From the NCBI GenBank assembly GCA_963663035.1, contig OY760074.1, forward strand, positions 256,001-320,000: DNA of 64,000 nucleotides, read 5' to 3'. Both the position numbers and the translations under genes were made by a program. This DNA is from Acidobacteriota bacterium. GTDB taxonomy: Bacteria > Acidobacteriota > UBA6911 > RPQK01 > JADFOI01. The notes under the pieces are model-generated. The model was not told where the DNA came from, made no database searches, and was given only the letters and a program-made list of their open reading frames with translations. This document shows positions 50,680 through 59,844 of this stretch, piece by piece (the stretch's first letter is position 1; the number at the start of each line of letters is the position of its first letter).

Positions 50680-51047
50680 TGGGTTCCTATCCTGTCTTCA
50701 AAGTCCTGCACTTGATTGGTGTTTTCATGATCCTCGTGTCTCTAGGAGGATTAATCGTCCTGGGCGCAGCAGGAGAGCTCAACCATTCCCGCTGGAGAAA
50801 ACTCGCCGCCCTGACAAATGGCATCGGGCTGGCGGTGGTCTTGTTTGCCGGGTTTGGTCTGTTGGGCCTTCTGCAGCTGGGTTGGCCCTGGCCGGGATGG
50901 ATCTTCTCCAAGATACTCATCTGGCTTTTTTTTGGTGTCATGATGGTTCTTGCCAAGAGGGCGCCGGAATCGGGAAAATACCTGTGGTGGGGTTCACTGT
51001 TGCTGGCCGGTGTGGCTGCCTATCTTGCCAACCTCAAGCCATTCTAG
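50679..51047 (+). CDS. Small 4-TM membrane protein
   Basis: ATG overlaps the upstream stop (TAATG); Y...K.LH, WPGWI..K, KPF terminus. Confidence 0.7.
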   Translation: MGSYPVFKVLHLIGVFMILVSLGGLIVLGAAGELNHSRWRKLAALTNGIGLAVVLFAGFGLLGLLQLGWPWPGWIFSKILIWLFFGVMMVLAKRAPESGKYLWWGSLLLAGVAAYLANLKPF

Positions 51048-51183
51048 TGCGCTCACGGCGTCGCTTTGACACCACGAGTGTGGTAAAATTGTCTTATTGG
51101 GCAACTTGGCACACTTCGTTGCCTTTCGTAGGGAAAAGTTTTAGCATGTGGAAAGTCCTCCAAGTGGGAGAGTAAAGGTAACA

Positions 51184-51555
51184 ATGGATACCACGGACAC
51201 CACAGGTTTGGAACGCACTCTGGAAGCCATTGTAAACGGAACAGGACGGCTCAAAGAGGTGCGTAAAGCCGAGTTGAATTTGGGAGATTGGGTGCTGGTG
51301 ACCACCCTGAACTCGACTTACTCGATCCGCGTGCTGGAGGAAGATCTCTATTCCATCTCCGGGGGATGGTTTGATCGCGAGGGTCTCTCGCCGCTGAGGA
51401 CGAGCATTACCGGTTGTACCTGGGGTGGTAGTGCAATCAAGGTGGACATTGTGGCAGCCTGTGGCCTGCATTTGGAGTTTGGCAACCGGGTGGTGACCAG
51501 TCCGATTCAAAATGTTTCTGTGATGCGGTTGGGGGGGGAGCAACTCAATAATTAG
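51184..51555 (+). CDS. Hypothetical protein
   Basis: AAGG RBS before ATG 51184; beta-rich ORF; no family recognised. Confidence 0.65.
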   Translation: MDTTDTTGLERTLEAIVNGTGRLKEVRKAELNLGDWVLVTTLNSTYSIRVLEEDLYSISGGWFDREGLSPLRTSITGCTWGGSAIKVDIVAACGLHLEFGNRVVTSPIQNVSVMRLGGEQLNN

Positions 51556-51595
51556 TTTTCACAAGGTCAGACCCCTTGAAGCAAGGAGGGCAGGG

Positions 51596-52351
51596 ATGCG
51601 GTACCGATTGGGTCTCTTCTTCGCAGTCTTTTTCCTATTATTCCCGTTCAGTTCATTAGCCGATGTCATTCACTTAAAGGGCGGTGGCACAGTAGAAGGC
51701 ACATTTGTGGGAGGCGACTCCCGGACAGTGCGGCTGCTTCGGCAGGACGGCCAGCTGGAAAGCTTTGCCATTACTGATGTGGAGAGCATTGTCTTTGGAA
51801 ATCCGGCCGCTGCTTTTTCCACACCCCCACCCAGTTCACCTCCTGATCCTTACACGTTGAGCAAAGGTACGGTCCTGGTCATACGCATGATCGACCCGGT
51901 CGATTCGAATGTGAACCAACCAGGAGAAACCTTTCGCGCTACCCTGGAGGAGCCGGTGACGGTGGCTGGAGAAATCCTGGCACCCAAGGGGACCTTTGCT
52001 TCAGTGCAGTTGGTCCACGTCCAGCAGTCCGGGCAGCTCAGGGGCCAGGAAGAAATTGCCCTGCAGCTTCGCAGCATCACGGTGAATGACAAGACCTATC
52101 CGCTTGCCAGTGAATTCGCCACGGTGGCAAGTGAGGCCAAAGGTAAGGAAAGCGCCAAGGTTGTGGGCGGTGCCGCAGCAATCGGTGCCTTGATTGGAGC
52201 TCTTACCGGGGGAAAAAAGGGGGCTGCAATTGGCGCTGCTGCAGGAGCTGGAGCCGGGGTTGCCGTACAGGCGGTTCGAGGCAAGCAAGTGAAGGTCCCT
52301 TCAGAAGCTCTGCTGGCCTTCTCACTGGAAGAGGCTGTGACGCTCCGTTAA
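51596..52351 (+). CDS. Secreted protein with glycine-zipper motif
   Basis: AGGAGG RBS; signal peptide; GGAAAIGALIGALTGGKKGAAIGAAAGAG. Confidence 0.75.
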   Translation: MRYRLGLFFAVFFLLFPFSSLADVIHLKGGGTVEGTFVGGDSRTVRLLRQDGQLESFAITDVESIVFGNPAAAFSTPPPSSPPDPYTLSKGTVLVIRMIDPVDSNVNQPGETFRATLEEPVTVAGEILAPKGTFASVQLVHVQQSGQLRGQEEIALQLRSITVNDKTYPLASEFATVASEAKGKESAKVVGGAAAIGALIGALTGGKKGAAIGAAAGAGAGVAVQAVRGKQVKVPSEALLAFSLEEAVTLR

Positions 52352-52379
52352 GAATGACCTGTCAGGGCAGCAAAGGTTA

Positions 52380-52614
52380 GCCCACACTTTTCACACCCGC
52401 TCTACTCCATCGGCGCAATGATCCGACCTGACCGTGTTGCGCGACCCGCACGCGGGTACCCCTCGGCTCCTCAACGTACTCAAGAGTACGTTTGCGGGGG
52501 TCGACCCGCACGCGGGTACCCCTCGGCTCCAGTCGGGCCCGCAGGCTTTAGCCCACGGCTCTGTTTTCCGGCACTTCCGCCGCTTCGCGACGACCTGGTG
52601 TGAGAAATGCGGGC
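52380..52614 (+). repeat. Divergent family A-like element with alternative TIRs carrying both B and C hairpins
   Basis: TIR gcccacacttttcacacc...ggtgtgagaaatgcgggc; 29-bp direct repeat 52442-52470/52502-52530; C hairpin 52468-52497; B hairpin 52533-52563. Confidence 0.75.
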
Positions 52615-52619
52615 AGTCC

Positions 52620-53888
52620 CTAGCCGCTGTAAAAGACGCGCCAGATTTTTTTCCCGCCATCATCGGAGATCAGAAGCGAGCCGTCGGGCAGTTGAAGAAT
52701 CCCCACCGGTCGACCCCATACCTCCTTTTCCTCCGGATCTGTCATCCAGCCGTGGAGAAACTCGCGTGGCCCCGAAGTGGGTCTTCCCTCCTGAAAAGGC
52801 ACAAAATCAACCCGGTACCCGACGCGTTTGGAACGGTTCCAGGATCCGTGGCAAGCCAGGAATGCCCCGCCCCGGTATTCTTCCGGAAAGGAGGACGCTG
52901 TGTAGAATTCCAGGTCCAGCATTCCGCAGTGGGCATCCAGGAGGACATCCGGGTAGCGCGTAATTTCGACGAGATCAGGTCGTTCACCCTCTCGTCGCGG
53001 GTCTTCATGGGGTCCGATATAGCTGTAGGGCCATCCAAAAAAGTCGCCTATCGCAACAGAGGTGAAATAATCGGGAACCAGGTCATCTCCCAGAGCGTCG
53101 CGCTCTTGAACGCCGACCCAGAGCTGTTGGGTGCCGGGGTAGAAGTCCAGGCCGATCACATTGCGCAGTCCTTCCGCATAAAGCTCATGTCCCGTGCCGT
53201 CGGGATTATAGACATTTATCGCTGCCCGACGGGGATCTTCACCGGCATTCACGTTGGATGCCGATCCAATGCTGACGAACATTTTCGTGCCGTCCTGATT
53301 AAACAGGATGGTCCTGGTCCAGTGACCTCTCTCAAAGTCGGGCCATGAGACAACGGTTTCTCCCTCCCCGGAAGCCGTCATGGTGGAAGGATCGTATTTC
53401 CAACGCTTCACTTCGAGAGTGCCAGCGACATACACGTAATCGCTCCAAAAGGCGATGCCAAAGGGACGGTACATATCTTCGATGAGGGTGTGTCGCTGGT
53501 CCGCTACCCCGTCATTGTCTGTATCCTGCAGGACATAGACAGCTCCCTCATCCTGAGAATCGGAGACCACGACTTCATTGCTGGGTCCCAGCTGTAGAAA
53601 TCTGGGGCGCTCGAAGATGAAATCAGGGGTGTACTCATGGACTTGAAATCCCTCCGGGACATGAAGTTGGGCTCCATCAGGACGCTCAATCACCGTGGAC
53701 CTGTTGCGGGAACTCTCTGTGGCGTAGGGTTCCGGCAGCGGCCTGTCATTTACCGGCCTAATGGAAGAGGTATCGAGGGCTGAACTTTGCGGCACAGTGG
53801 TGTCGACAGCCGCCTGATTGCAGCTGTTCAGGCAGGCCAGCAGAGGAACGCCCAGTAGAAGCAAAGTTCTTGAAGTCATGAACACCAC
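52620..53888 (-). CDS. PQQ-dependent sugar/L-sorbosone dehydrogenase-family lipoprotein
   Basis: VPEGF, HWTR, GSASN, GLRN, ERDALGDDLVPDY, HGSWNR, GRPV, ISDD. Confidence 0.85.
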   Translation of the reverse strand: MVFMTSRTLLLLGVPLLACLNSCNQAAVDTTVPQSSALDTSSIRPVNDRPLPEPYATESSRNRSTVIERPDGAQLHVPEGFQVHEYTPDFIFERPRFLQLGPSNEVVVSDSQDEGAVYVLQDTDNDGVADQRHTLIEDMYRPFGIAFWSDYVYVAGTLEVKRWKYDPSTMTASGEGETVVSWPDFERGHWTRTILFNQDGTKMFVSIGSASNVNAGEDPRRAAINVYNPDGTGHELYAEGLRNVIGLDFYPGTQQLWVGVQERDALGDDLVPDYFTSVAIGDFFGWPYSYIGPHEDPRREGERPDLVEITRYPDVLLDAHCGMLDLEFYTASSFPEEYRGGAFLACHGSWNRSKRVGYRVDFVPFQEGRPTSGPREFLHGWMTDPEEKEVWGRPVGILQLPDGSLLISDDGGKKIWRVFYSG

Positions 53889-53909
53889 CCTTTCTCACGC
53901 TTTTGCGTG

Positions 53910-56075
53910 CTAGAAGTCGAGCATGTAAGTGTACTTGAGAGTCAGGGATTTATCTGCTTCTCCATCCTGGAAAGCGTCTCGCTCTTCGTTGTAAACGATG
54001 AAGATATCACTCAGTGGACGGTGAATAAAATTGAAGCGAAGGTTCGAGCTCACCTGGCGCCGTTCACTGTTGTATTGGACAAAAGCGCTCAGAAACATCT
54101 GGGTGTTAAAGGAATAGTCCAGGCGCGTATTGACCAGTCGAGTGGTCACGTCGCCCTGGCTCAACTTCAGGTCGTCCCACTGAAATCTGCCCGATATAGT
54201 GAATTTGTAATGGGGTCTGTAGGAGAGGTTGATCTGCACGCCCTTGCGGGTCCCGCTCCAGAAGTCACCTGTCTGATATCGCACACTCCCGGACAGGGGA
54301 GCACTGGGATCGGAGCGATATTGGATGGAACTATCGTTGAAATGGTAATCTCCAGGATCAAGGTCTAACCCACCAATGCTGAACGGCGACTCTTCCCTCT
54401 CGAACCTGAGTGTCCGATCGAGCTGGAAGCTTCCTCCATCCTCAAAGCCGATCTGAAAGTTCAGATCAACGATCCGGGTCTCCAGGCGGCCCTCCTGGTC
54501 CTCGATGTATTGGATTCGGGTGTTGGGGTTAAACTCTCTGATCCAGGAAATGCTTTCTGGACGTGGAGTCCAGGCAAAGGAGCTATCGCTTTTTCGCATG
54601 TCCCGGCGGGGTACAAATCCCACCTCGGGATTGAAGTTCTCTTCAATATCCAGGTAGGCGGTGCGTGCTTGCCAAAGGTTGGTTCTCCACTCGACCCAGA
54701 CCCGGCTGGCCATGTCCTCGGTCTCCAGCCCCGGCGTTCTGGTGGCTGCCACAAAACCGCTCAGTCGAAATTGGTTCCAGAAATGGAAATTGGCATCCAC
54801 CCCGAAGGTACGATTGAAGTCCCCGGACTGATCCGCTTGCCGGTTAATGAACAAGGCTCCCAGCTCCGACTGACTCAGGATGTTCCTTTTGATACTCACC
54901 ACGGAGAAATTGTTGGCGGGATCGGAACCAAACTCCCGGGTCTGTATATTCAACAAGCCCAGGCTGGTTTTACCCACCCGGCCACTCAGGCGGGCTCCTG
55001 CCAGGATGGGCACCGGCTGTCTGTCAGAGGAAAGACCGATACGGCGGCTGAAGAAGGCAATGAAGTCGCGCGCACCCGGGCTGCGCCGGTCAACCTGACC
55101 AAAGAGAAAAAGACCGGAGTTCTCCAGGAAAAAATCGCGTTTTTCGGGGAAAAACAAGCTAAAACGAGTCAGGTTGATTTGCTGCTCATCGACTTCCACC
55201 TGCGAGAAGTCGGTGTTGACCGTGCCATCCAGGGTGAGACCAGAGGTGAGGCCGTATTTGAGATCCAGCCCGGCATCGCCCAGGGTGTCAAAATCATCTC
55301 CACTAAACTTACGGAACTCTGAACTCAGGTAGGGCTTTACTTTGAAGTTCCGGCCGGGCTCAACATTCTCAATGCCTTTCAAAGATCCGGCGAATGACAT
55401 ATTGAAACCGGAAAGACGACGAGGCATCGGACCCCAAAAGCTCTGCTCGTTCTTCCGCCGAATGCGCCTTTGCAGGTTGAGACCCCAGGTCTGTACCTTC
55501 GACTTTGGAAATCTTAACGACTTGAAAGGGATTCTGACCTCTGCAAACCATCCTTCATCTGAGATGGTTGTCTTGGCGTCCCACACACCTTCCCAGGAGA
55601 TGTCCTGGTCCCTTCCCTCATTGAAGGACTGCAGTTCCCTTTTGGCTCCGGCTGGGTTGATGTAAAAAGTGAAGGAGTTACGGTCATCATCAAAGGTGTC
55701 CAGGAAAAAAGAAACCGCATCAGTACTGTTCGGAGCAAAATCCTGCCTGAGGCTATTGATGATGAGTTTATCCACTTCTGACTCGTAAGCGGACAGTCCG
55801 AAATAAAGGGCTTCGTCATCATAGACGATCCGCACTTCCGTTTTTTCCGAGGCAGGCTCTCCTGAAACGGGTTCCCGCTGGATAAAATCGGTGGCGGGCT
55901 CGACTTCCGCCCAGATGGGCTCGTCCAGAACCCCGTCCAGCTGGATGGGCAAGTCCGTATGGTGGGCAAATACCTCCCTTTCCCGGAGCTCTTCCACAGA
56001 ACTCGCCTGTTGAGGAGCCTGTGCTGTCACCGGAAGGCACCCGAGAAGGAAAATCGCCAGGGTCAGTCTTTTCAC
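53910..56075 (-). CDS. CBM9-like plus DUF5916 protein (cluster copy 4)
   Basis: Signal peptide; same conserved motifs as 261-2435; terminal aromatic residue. Confidence 0.85.
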   Translation of the reverse strand: MKRLTLAIFLLGCLPVTAQAPQQASSVEELREREVFAHHTDLPIQLDGVLDEPIWAEVEPATDFIQREPVSGEPASEKTEVRIVYDDEALYFGLSAYESEVDKLIINSLRQDFAPNSTDAVSFFLDTFDDDRNSFTFYINPAGAKRELQSFNEGRDQDISWEGVWDAKTTISDEGWFAEVRIPFKSLRFPKSKVQTWGLNLQRRIRRKNEQSFWGPMPRRLSGFNMSFAGSLKGIENVEPGRNFKVKPYLSSEFRKFSGDDFDTLGDAGLDLKYGLTSGLTLDGTVNTDFSQVEVDEQQINLTRFSLFFPEKRDFFLENSGLFLFGQVDRRSPGARDFIAFFSRRIGLSSDRQPVPILAGARLSGRVGKTSLGLLNIQTREFGSDPANNFSVVSIKRNILSQSELGALFINRQADQSGDFNRTFGVDANFHFWNQFRLSGFVAATRTPGLETEDMASRVWVEWRTNLWQARTAYLDIEENFNPEVGFVPRRDMRKSDSSFAWTPRPESISWIREFNPNTRIQYIEDQEGRLETRIVDLNFQIGFEDGGSFQLDRTLRFEREESPFSIGGLDLDPGDYHFNDSSIQYRSDPSAPLSGSVRYQTGDFWSGTRKGVQINLSYRPHYKFTISGRFQWDDLKLSQGDVTTRLVNTRLDYSFNTQMFLSAFVQYNSERRQVSSNLRFNFIHRPLSDIFIVYNEERDAFQDGEADKSLTLKYTYMLDF

Positions 56076-56109
56076 GACACTGTAGCAGAAGCTTTATGCA
56101 TAGGGCGGG

Positions 56110-58301
56110 CTAAAAATCGAGCATGTAAGTGTACTTGAGAGTCAGGGATTTATCTGCTTCTCCATCCTGGAAAGCGTCTCGCTCTTCGTTGTAAACGATG
56201 AAGATATCACTCAGTGGACGGTGAATAAAATTGAAGCGAAGGTTCGAGCTCACCTGGCGCCGTTCACTGTTGTATTGGACAAAAGCGCTCAGAAACATTT
56301 GGGTGTTAAAGGAATAGTCCAGGCGCGTACTGACCAAGCGAGTGGTCACGTCGCCCTGGCTCAAGTTCAGGTCGTCCCATTGGAATCTGCCCGTTATATT
56401 GAACTTGTAATGGGGTATGTAGGTGAGGTTGATCTGCACGCCCTTGCGGGTGCCACTCCAGAAGTCACCTGTTTGATATCGCACACTTCCCGACAGGGTA
56501 GAACTGGGATTGGAGCGATATTGGATGGACCAATCGTTGAAATGGTAATCTCCAGGATCAAGGTCTAATCCACCAATTTCGAACGGCGTATCCTCTCTCT
56601 CGAACCTGAGGACACGACCCAGCTGGAAGACTCCTCCATCCTGAAAGTTGGTCTGAAAGGTCAAATTAACGAGTCGGGTCTCCAGGCGGCCTTCCTGGTC
56701 CTCGATGTACTGTATGCGGGCGTTGGGGTTCAACTGCCTGATCCAGGAAATGCTTCTGGGACGTGGAGTGAAGGCAAACGAGGTATCACTTTTTCGCATG
56801 TCGCGGCGGGGTACAAATCCCATCTCGGCGTTGAAGTTCTCTTCAATATCCAGGTAGCCGCTGCGTGCCTGCCAAAGATCGTTTCTCCACTCGACCCAGA
56901 ATCTGCTGGCCATGTCCTCGGTCTCCAGCCCGGGTGTTCTGGTGGCTGCCACAAAACCGCTCAGGCGGAGCTGGTTCCAGAAGTGGAAATTGGCATCCAC
57001 GCCGAAGGTGCGATTGAAGTCCCGGGACTGATCCGACTGCCGGTTCGCGAACATGACCCCCAGCTCCGACTGACTCAGAATGTTCCGTTTGATAGTCACC
57101 ACGGAGAAATTGTTGGCGGGATCGGACTGGAATTCCCGGGTCTGCATATTCATCAAGCCCAGGCTGGTTTTCCCCACCCGGCCACTCAGGCGGGCACCTC
57201 CCAGGATGGGTACTGGCTGGCCCGAGGAAAGACCGATACGGCGGCTGAAGAAGGGGATGAAGTCGCGCGAACCCGGGGCGCGCCGGTCAATCTGACCAAG
57301 AAGAAAAATACCGGAGTTCTCCAGGAAAAAGTCGCGTTTCTCGGGGAAAAACAAGCTAAAACGGGTCAGATTAATTTGCTGCTGATCGACCTCCACCTGC
57401 GAGAAGTCTGTGTTGAGGGTGGCATCCAGGGTGAGATTGGAGGTGAGGCCGTACTTGAGATCCAGCCCGACATCGCTCAGGGTGTCAAAATCATCTCCGG
57501 TAAATTTTCGGAACTCTGTACTCAGGTAGGGCTTAACCTTGAAGTTCCGTCCGGGTTCAACATCCTCAATCCCTCTTAAGGTTCCAGCGTAAGACATATA
57601 CCACACGGTAAAACGGCGAGGATGCGGACCCCAAAAGCTCTGCTCGTTTTTCCGTCGAATGCGCCTTTGCAGGTTGAGGCCCCAGGTTTGCACCTTCGAT
57701 CTTGGAAATCTCAACGATTTGAAAGGGATTCTGACCTCTGCAAACCATCCTTCTTCTGTGATGGTCGTCTCGACGTCCCACACAACTTCCCAGGCGGGGT
57801 TCTCATCCCTTCCTTCATCGAAGACCTGCGTTTCCTTTTGGCTCCGACTGGGTTGATGTAAAACCCGAACGAGTTGCGGTCATCATTGAAGGTGTCTATG
57901 TAAAAGGAGACCCCATCGTCATTGCGTATAGGAAAATCCTGCTTGAGGCTATTGATGATAAGTTTTCCCGGCTCGGGGTCGAAAGCCCACACCCCAAAAT
58001 AGAGGGCTTCGTCATCATAGATGATCCGCATCTCCGTTTTTTCCGTGGCAGGCGCTCCTGCAACAGGCTCCCGCTGGATAAAATCGGTGGCGGGCTCAAC
58101 TTCCGCCCAGATCGGCTCGTCCAGGATGCCGTCCAGAGTGATGGGCATGTCCGTATGGCGGGCAGATATCTCCCGGTCCCAGGGCTCTTCCACAGAACGC
58201 ACCTCTTGAAGACCCAGTGCTGTTACCGGCAGGCACCCCAGAAGGATAAAGGTCAGGGACCATTTGTTCACGACACCTCCGGTTCTTCGTTTTACTGTCA
58301 T
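56110..58301 (-). pseudogene. CBM9-like plus DUF5916 protein (cluster copy 3), one frameshift near 57834
   Basis: Adding one G restores GAKRETQVFDEGRDENPAWEVVWD, collinear with paralogs; may be a sequencing error. Confidence 0.75.
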
Positions 58302-58372
58302 CGTCTATTGGCTGAGATTCTAATCTCAGCACCTGAAAAAGTCGAATGACAACCCGAATGGCTACAGGCTAG

Positions 58373-58522
58373 AGTCGGGATTATCCATAGGTTCTCGTCA
58401 CGAAGCGGCGAAAACGCCGGTCTGACAAGGCGCGCTAGGGGTACCCGCTTGCGGGTCGCGGAACGCTGGCAGGGCGGATGGTTTCGTCGCTGCAGTAGAG
58501 AACTTATGGATTATCCCGACTA
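58373..58522 (-). repeat. Family A element (reverse, diverged)
   Basis: TIR agtcgggattatccata...tatggattatcccgact; interior homologous to copy 1; right CTA is the CNT gene stop. Confidence 0.85.
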
Positions 58523-59824
58523 AAGTCCCAGGATTCCCTGCTGGCCGTGGTAGAAGAGTCCGGCCAGGGCCCCTGTCATCAAGGTGGCTAGGGTGGAGCC
58601 TGCCAGCGCTGGAAGGGCCAGGGCAGCCAGATCAGTTCTGCGAGAGGGGACCAAGGCGGAGATGCCTCCCACAAAGATCCCCATCGAGGCCAGGTGGGAA
58701 AAGCCGCACAGGGCGTAGGAGAGGACCAGCAGAGTCCTGGGTGAGACCGCCTGAGCGGAGGCCATCTCTCCCAGCTGCTGGTAGGACACGACCTCGGTCA
58801 GGATGATTCGTTGACCCAGGAGCTGGGAAGCCTGCTGGAGGTCGGCCCCGGACAGGCCCAGCAGCCAGGCCAGCGGCGTAAACAGCCAGCCCAAAATCAA
58901 TTCAACAGTGAGGGGCTCTCCCAGCCAACCGGCAAGTGGCGAGGCCAGATTGGCCAAGACCAGATTCATCACACCCACCAGCCCCAGAACCGTAATCAGA
59001 AGGGTGGCAATGCCAGCGGCCAACTTCAGACCATCCCAGGAACCCGCACTCAGTGCGGCCATGGTGTTGCCGGTGCGCTTGGACTCGGCCATGGCGGGAA
59101 GGGAACCCAGAGTTTCCGGCTGGCCCGTCTCCGGAAGGATCAGCTTGGAGACCAGGACGGCCGCTGGAATCGACATGACCGAGGCCGAGATGAGATGTCC
59201 GGCAATCTGGGGAAAGGCGTCGCTGAGGAAGAAGACGTACAGGGCAAGCGTGGTCGAAGCTACCGTAGACATGCCACAGGTGAGGAGCAGGAGAAGCTCC
59301 GAACGAGTCATGCCGGCCAGATAGGGCAGAATGGTGGTGGCGGATTCGATGCCCACGAAAATGTTGGCCGATCCGGCCAACGCCTCCGCTCCTGACAACC
59401 TCAGCGTGTTCTTGAAGAAACGCCCGAACAGGCGAATCACCGGTTGGATCAGTCCCAGGTGGTAGCAGGCTGCCATCAGTGCAGCGAAGAAGATGACCGC
59501 CGGCAGGACCTGAGCTGCCAGTATGAATCCCACCGAAGGTTCTCCGGCTGCGGTGCTCTCACCCGGGTTCAGGGCCAGCGGCCCGAAAATGAACTCAGCC
59601 CCCTCACGAGCCGCTCCCAGCAAGGCCACCACCAGGTTGTTCAGACTCAACAGAACCAAGCGGGTGGGCGGCAGCAGAAAGACGACAGTGCCCAGAGCCA
59701 GCATCAACAGGCCCGAGCCCATCACGGTCCGCCAGGCCACCGGCCGCCGGAGCCCGCCCACAGCCCAAGCCAGGCCGCCCAGCACAAACAGCCCCAAAAG
59801 AGAGATCAGGTTTAAGGAGGTCAT
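58520..59824 (-). CDS. CNT/NupC-family nucleoside transporter
   Basis: QVLPAVIFF, SGAE...ANIFVG, HLISASVMS.PA, YALCGF. Confidence 0.9.
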   Translation of the reverse strand: MTSLNLISLLGLFVLGGLAWAVGGLRRPVAWRTVMGSGLLMLALGTVVFLLPPTRLVLLSLNNLVVALLGAAREGAEFIFGPLALNPGESTAAGEPSVGFILAAQVLPAVIFFAALMAACYHLGLIQPVIRLFGRFFKNTLRLSGAEALAGSANIFVGIESATTILPYLAGMTRSELLLLLTCGMSTVASTTLALYVFFLSDAFPQIAGHLISASVMSIPAAVLVSKLILPETGQPETLGSLPAMAESKRTGNTMAALSAGSWDGLKLAAGIATLLITVLGLVGVMNLVLANLASPLAGWLGEPLTVELILGWLFTPLAWLLGLSGADLQQASQLLGQRIILTEVVSYQQLGEMASAQAVSPRTLLVLSYALCGFSHLASMGIFVGGISALVPSRRTDLAALALPALAGSTLATLMTGALAGLFYHGQQGILGL

Positions 59825-59844
59825 GACCGCCGGAATAGGACCGA

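Noticed and set aside
51106-51122. TTGGCAC...TTGC sigma54-like promoter
   Set aside because: GG-to-GC spacing is 11 nt rather than the required 10.
52442-52530. Two 29-bp direct repeats with a 31-bp spacer (mini-CRISPR-like)
   Set aside because: Only two units, the repeat is part of family A, the spacer is the recurrent C hairpin, and no cas genes are present.
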